Assembly: GCA_965235115.1 (NCBI GenBank)
Contig: OZ249442.1
Span: forward strand, 20,708,001 to 20,772,000
Length of the DNA stretch: 64,000 nucleotides
Reading direction: 5' to 3'
DNA from: Laetmonice hystrix
Taxonomy: Eukaryota
In this document: piece by piece, positions 63,549 to 64,000 of the stretch
Position numbering within the stretch: position 1 is the stretch's first letter
How the letters are laid out: the number at the start of each line of letters is the position of its first letter
Translations under genes and position numbers: made by a program
Notes under the pieces: model-generated
Database searches by the model: none
The model's input: the letters and a program-made list of their open reading frames with translations, nothing else
What the model was told of the DNA's origin: nothing

Positions 63549-63835
63549 AGCCTGGGTTGTGGTGTGGATGGGTGAGGGGGAATGTCGAAATGATTGTGTT
63601 GTCACAGCCTGGGGTGTGGTGTGGATGGGTAAGGGGGAATGTCGAAATGATTGTGTTGTCACAGCCTGGGGTGTGGTGTGGATGGGTAAGGGGGAATGTC
63701 GAAATGATTGTGTTGTCACAGCCTGGGGTGTGGTGTGGATGGGTAAGGGGGAATGTCGAAATGATTGTGTTGTCACAGCCTGGGGTGTGGTGTGGATGGG
63801 TAAGGGGGAATGTCGAAATGATTGTGTTGTCACAG
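63549..63835. repeat. 57-bp minisatellite x5 in a cadherin intron
   Basis: AGCCTGGGGTGTGGTGTGGATGGGTAAGGGGGAATGTCGAAATGATTGTGTTGTCAC starting at 63549, 63606, 63663, 63720 and 63777. Confidence 0.97.
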
Positions 63836-64000
63836 AATTCGTTTATACGAACACATCGGTGCCGATCGGTGAAACATACGGATTACTGAATTAAAGAAGC
63901 ACGGATTAATAATTTTCCACATAGGTTATGGCATAATGAGGCAGTTACAAGGTCTTGCTATATTTCGGATGAGATGTCACTTGATGTTGTAATTGTTATC

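Noticed and set aside
63408-63894. Three overlapping repetitive ORFs (141, 155, 111 aa)
   Set aside because: They result from the 57-nt (3n) intronic minisatellite; the cadherin frame leaves at the 63522 donor.

Overview
Eukaryotic (intron-rich, non-vertebrate bilaterian-like, species not determinable) genomic window. All spliced models were built by hand from GT-AG boundaries and checked for phase consistency. Four protein-coding genes: (1) 3' part of an M14A carboxypeptidase-B-type gene (+, 2074-4881); (2) a 9-exon, about 324 aa gene (+, 7516-12096) missed by the ORF track, encoding a PDZ domain, an acidic (ED)7-DTDG linker and a C-terminal ~148 aa beta-trefoil resembling the interleukin-1 family; (3) a complete 21-exon RECQL4 (-, 21511-12750) tail-to-tail with gene 2; (4) the 5' 22 coding exons of a type III (N-cadherin-like) classical cadherin (+, 46779 to beyond the window). 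The 25 kb between RECQL4 and the cadherin ATG is non-coding, with a candidate distal first exon, CAGGTR motif clusters and many non-autonomous DNA transposons (Harbinger-type MITEs, a Helentron-like element, nested TIR elements). Best lead: the leaderless PDZ-IL-1-like protein with a caspase-type site between its domains and an in-frame minisatellite that copies one of its splice donors 12 times. No CRISPR array, rRNA or tRNA was recognised.
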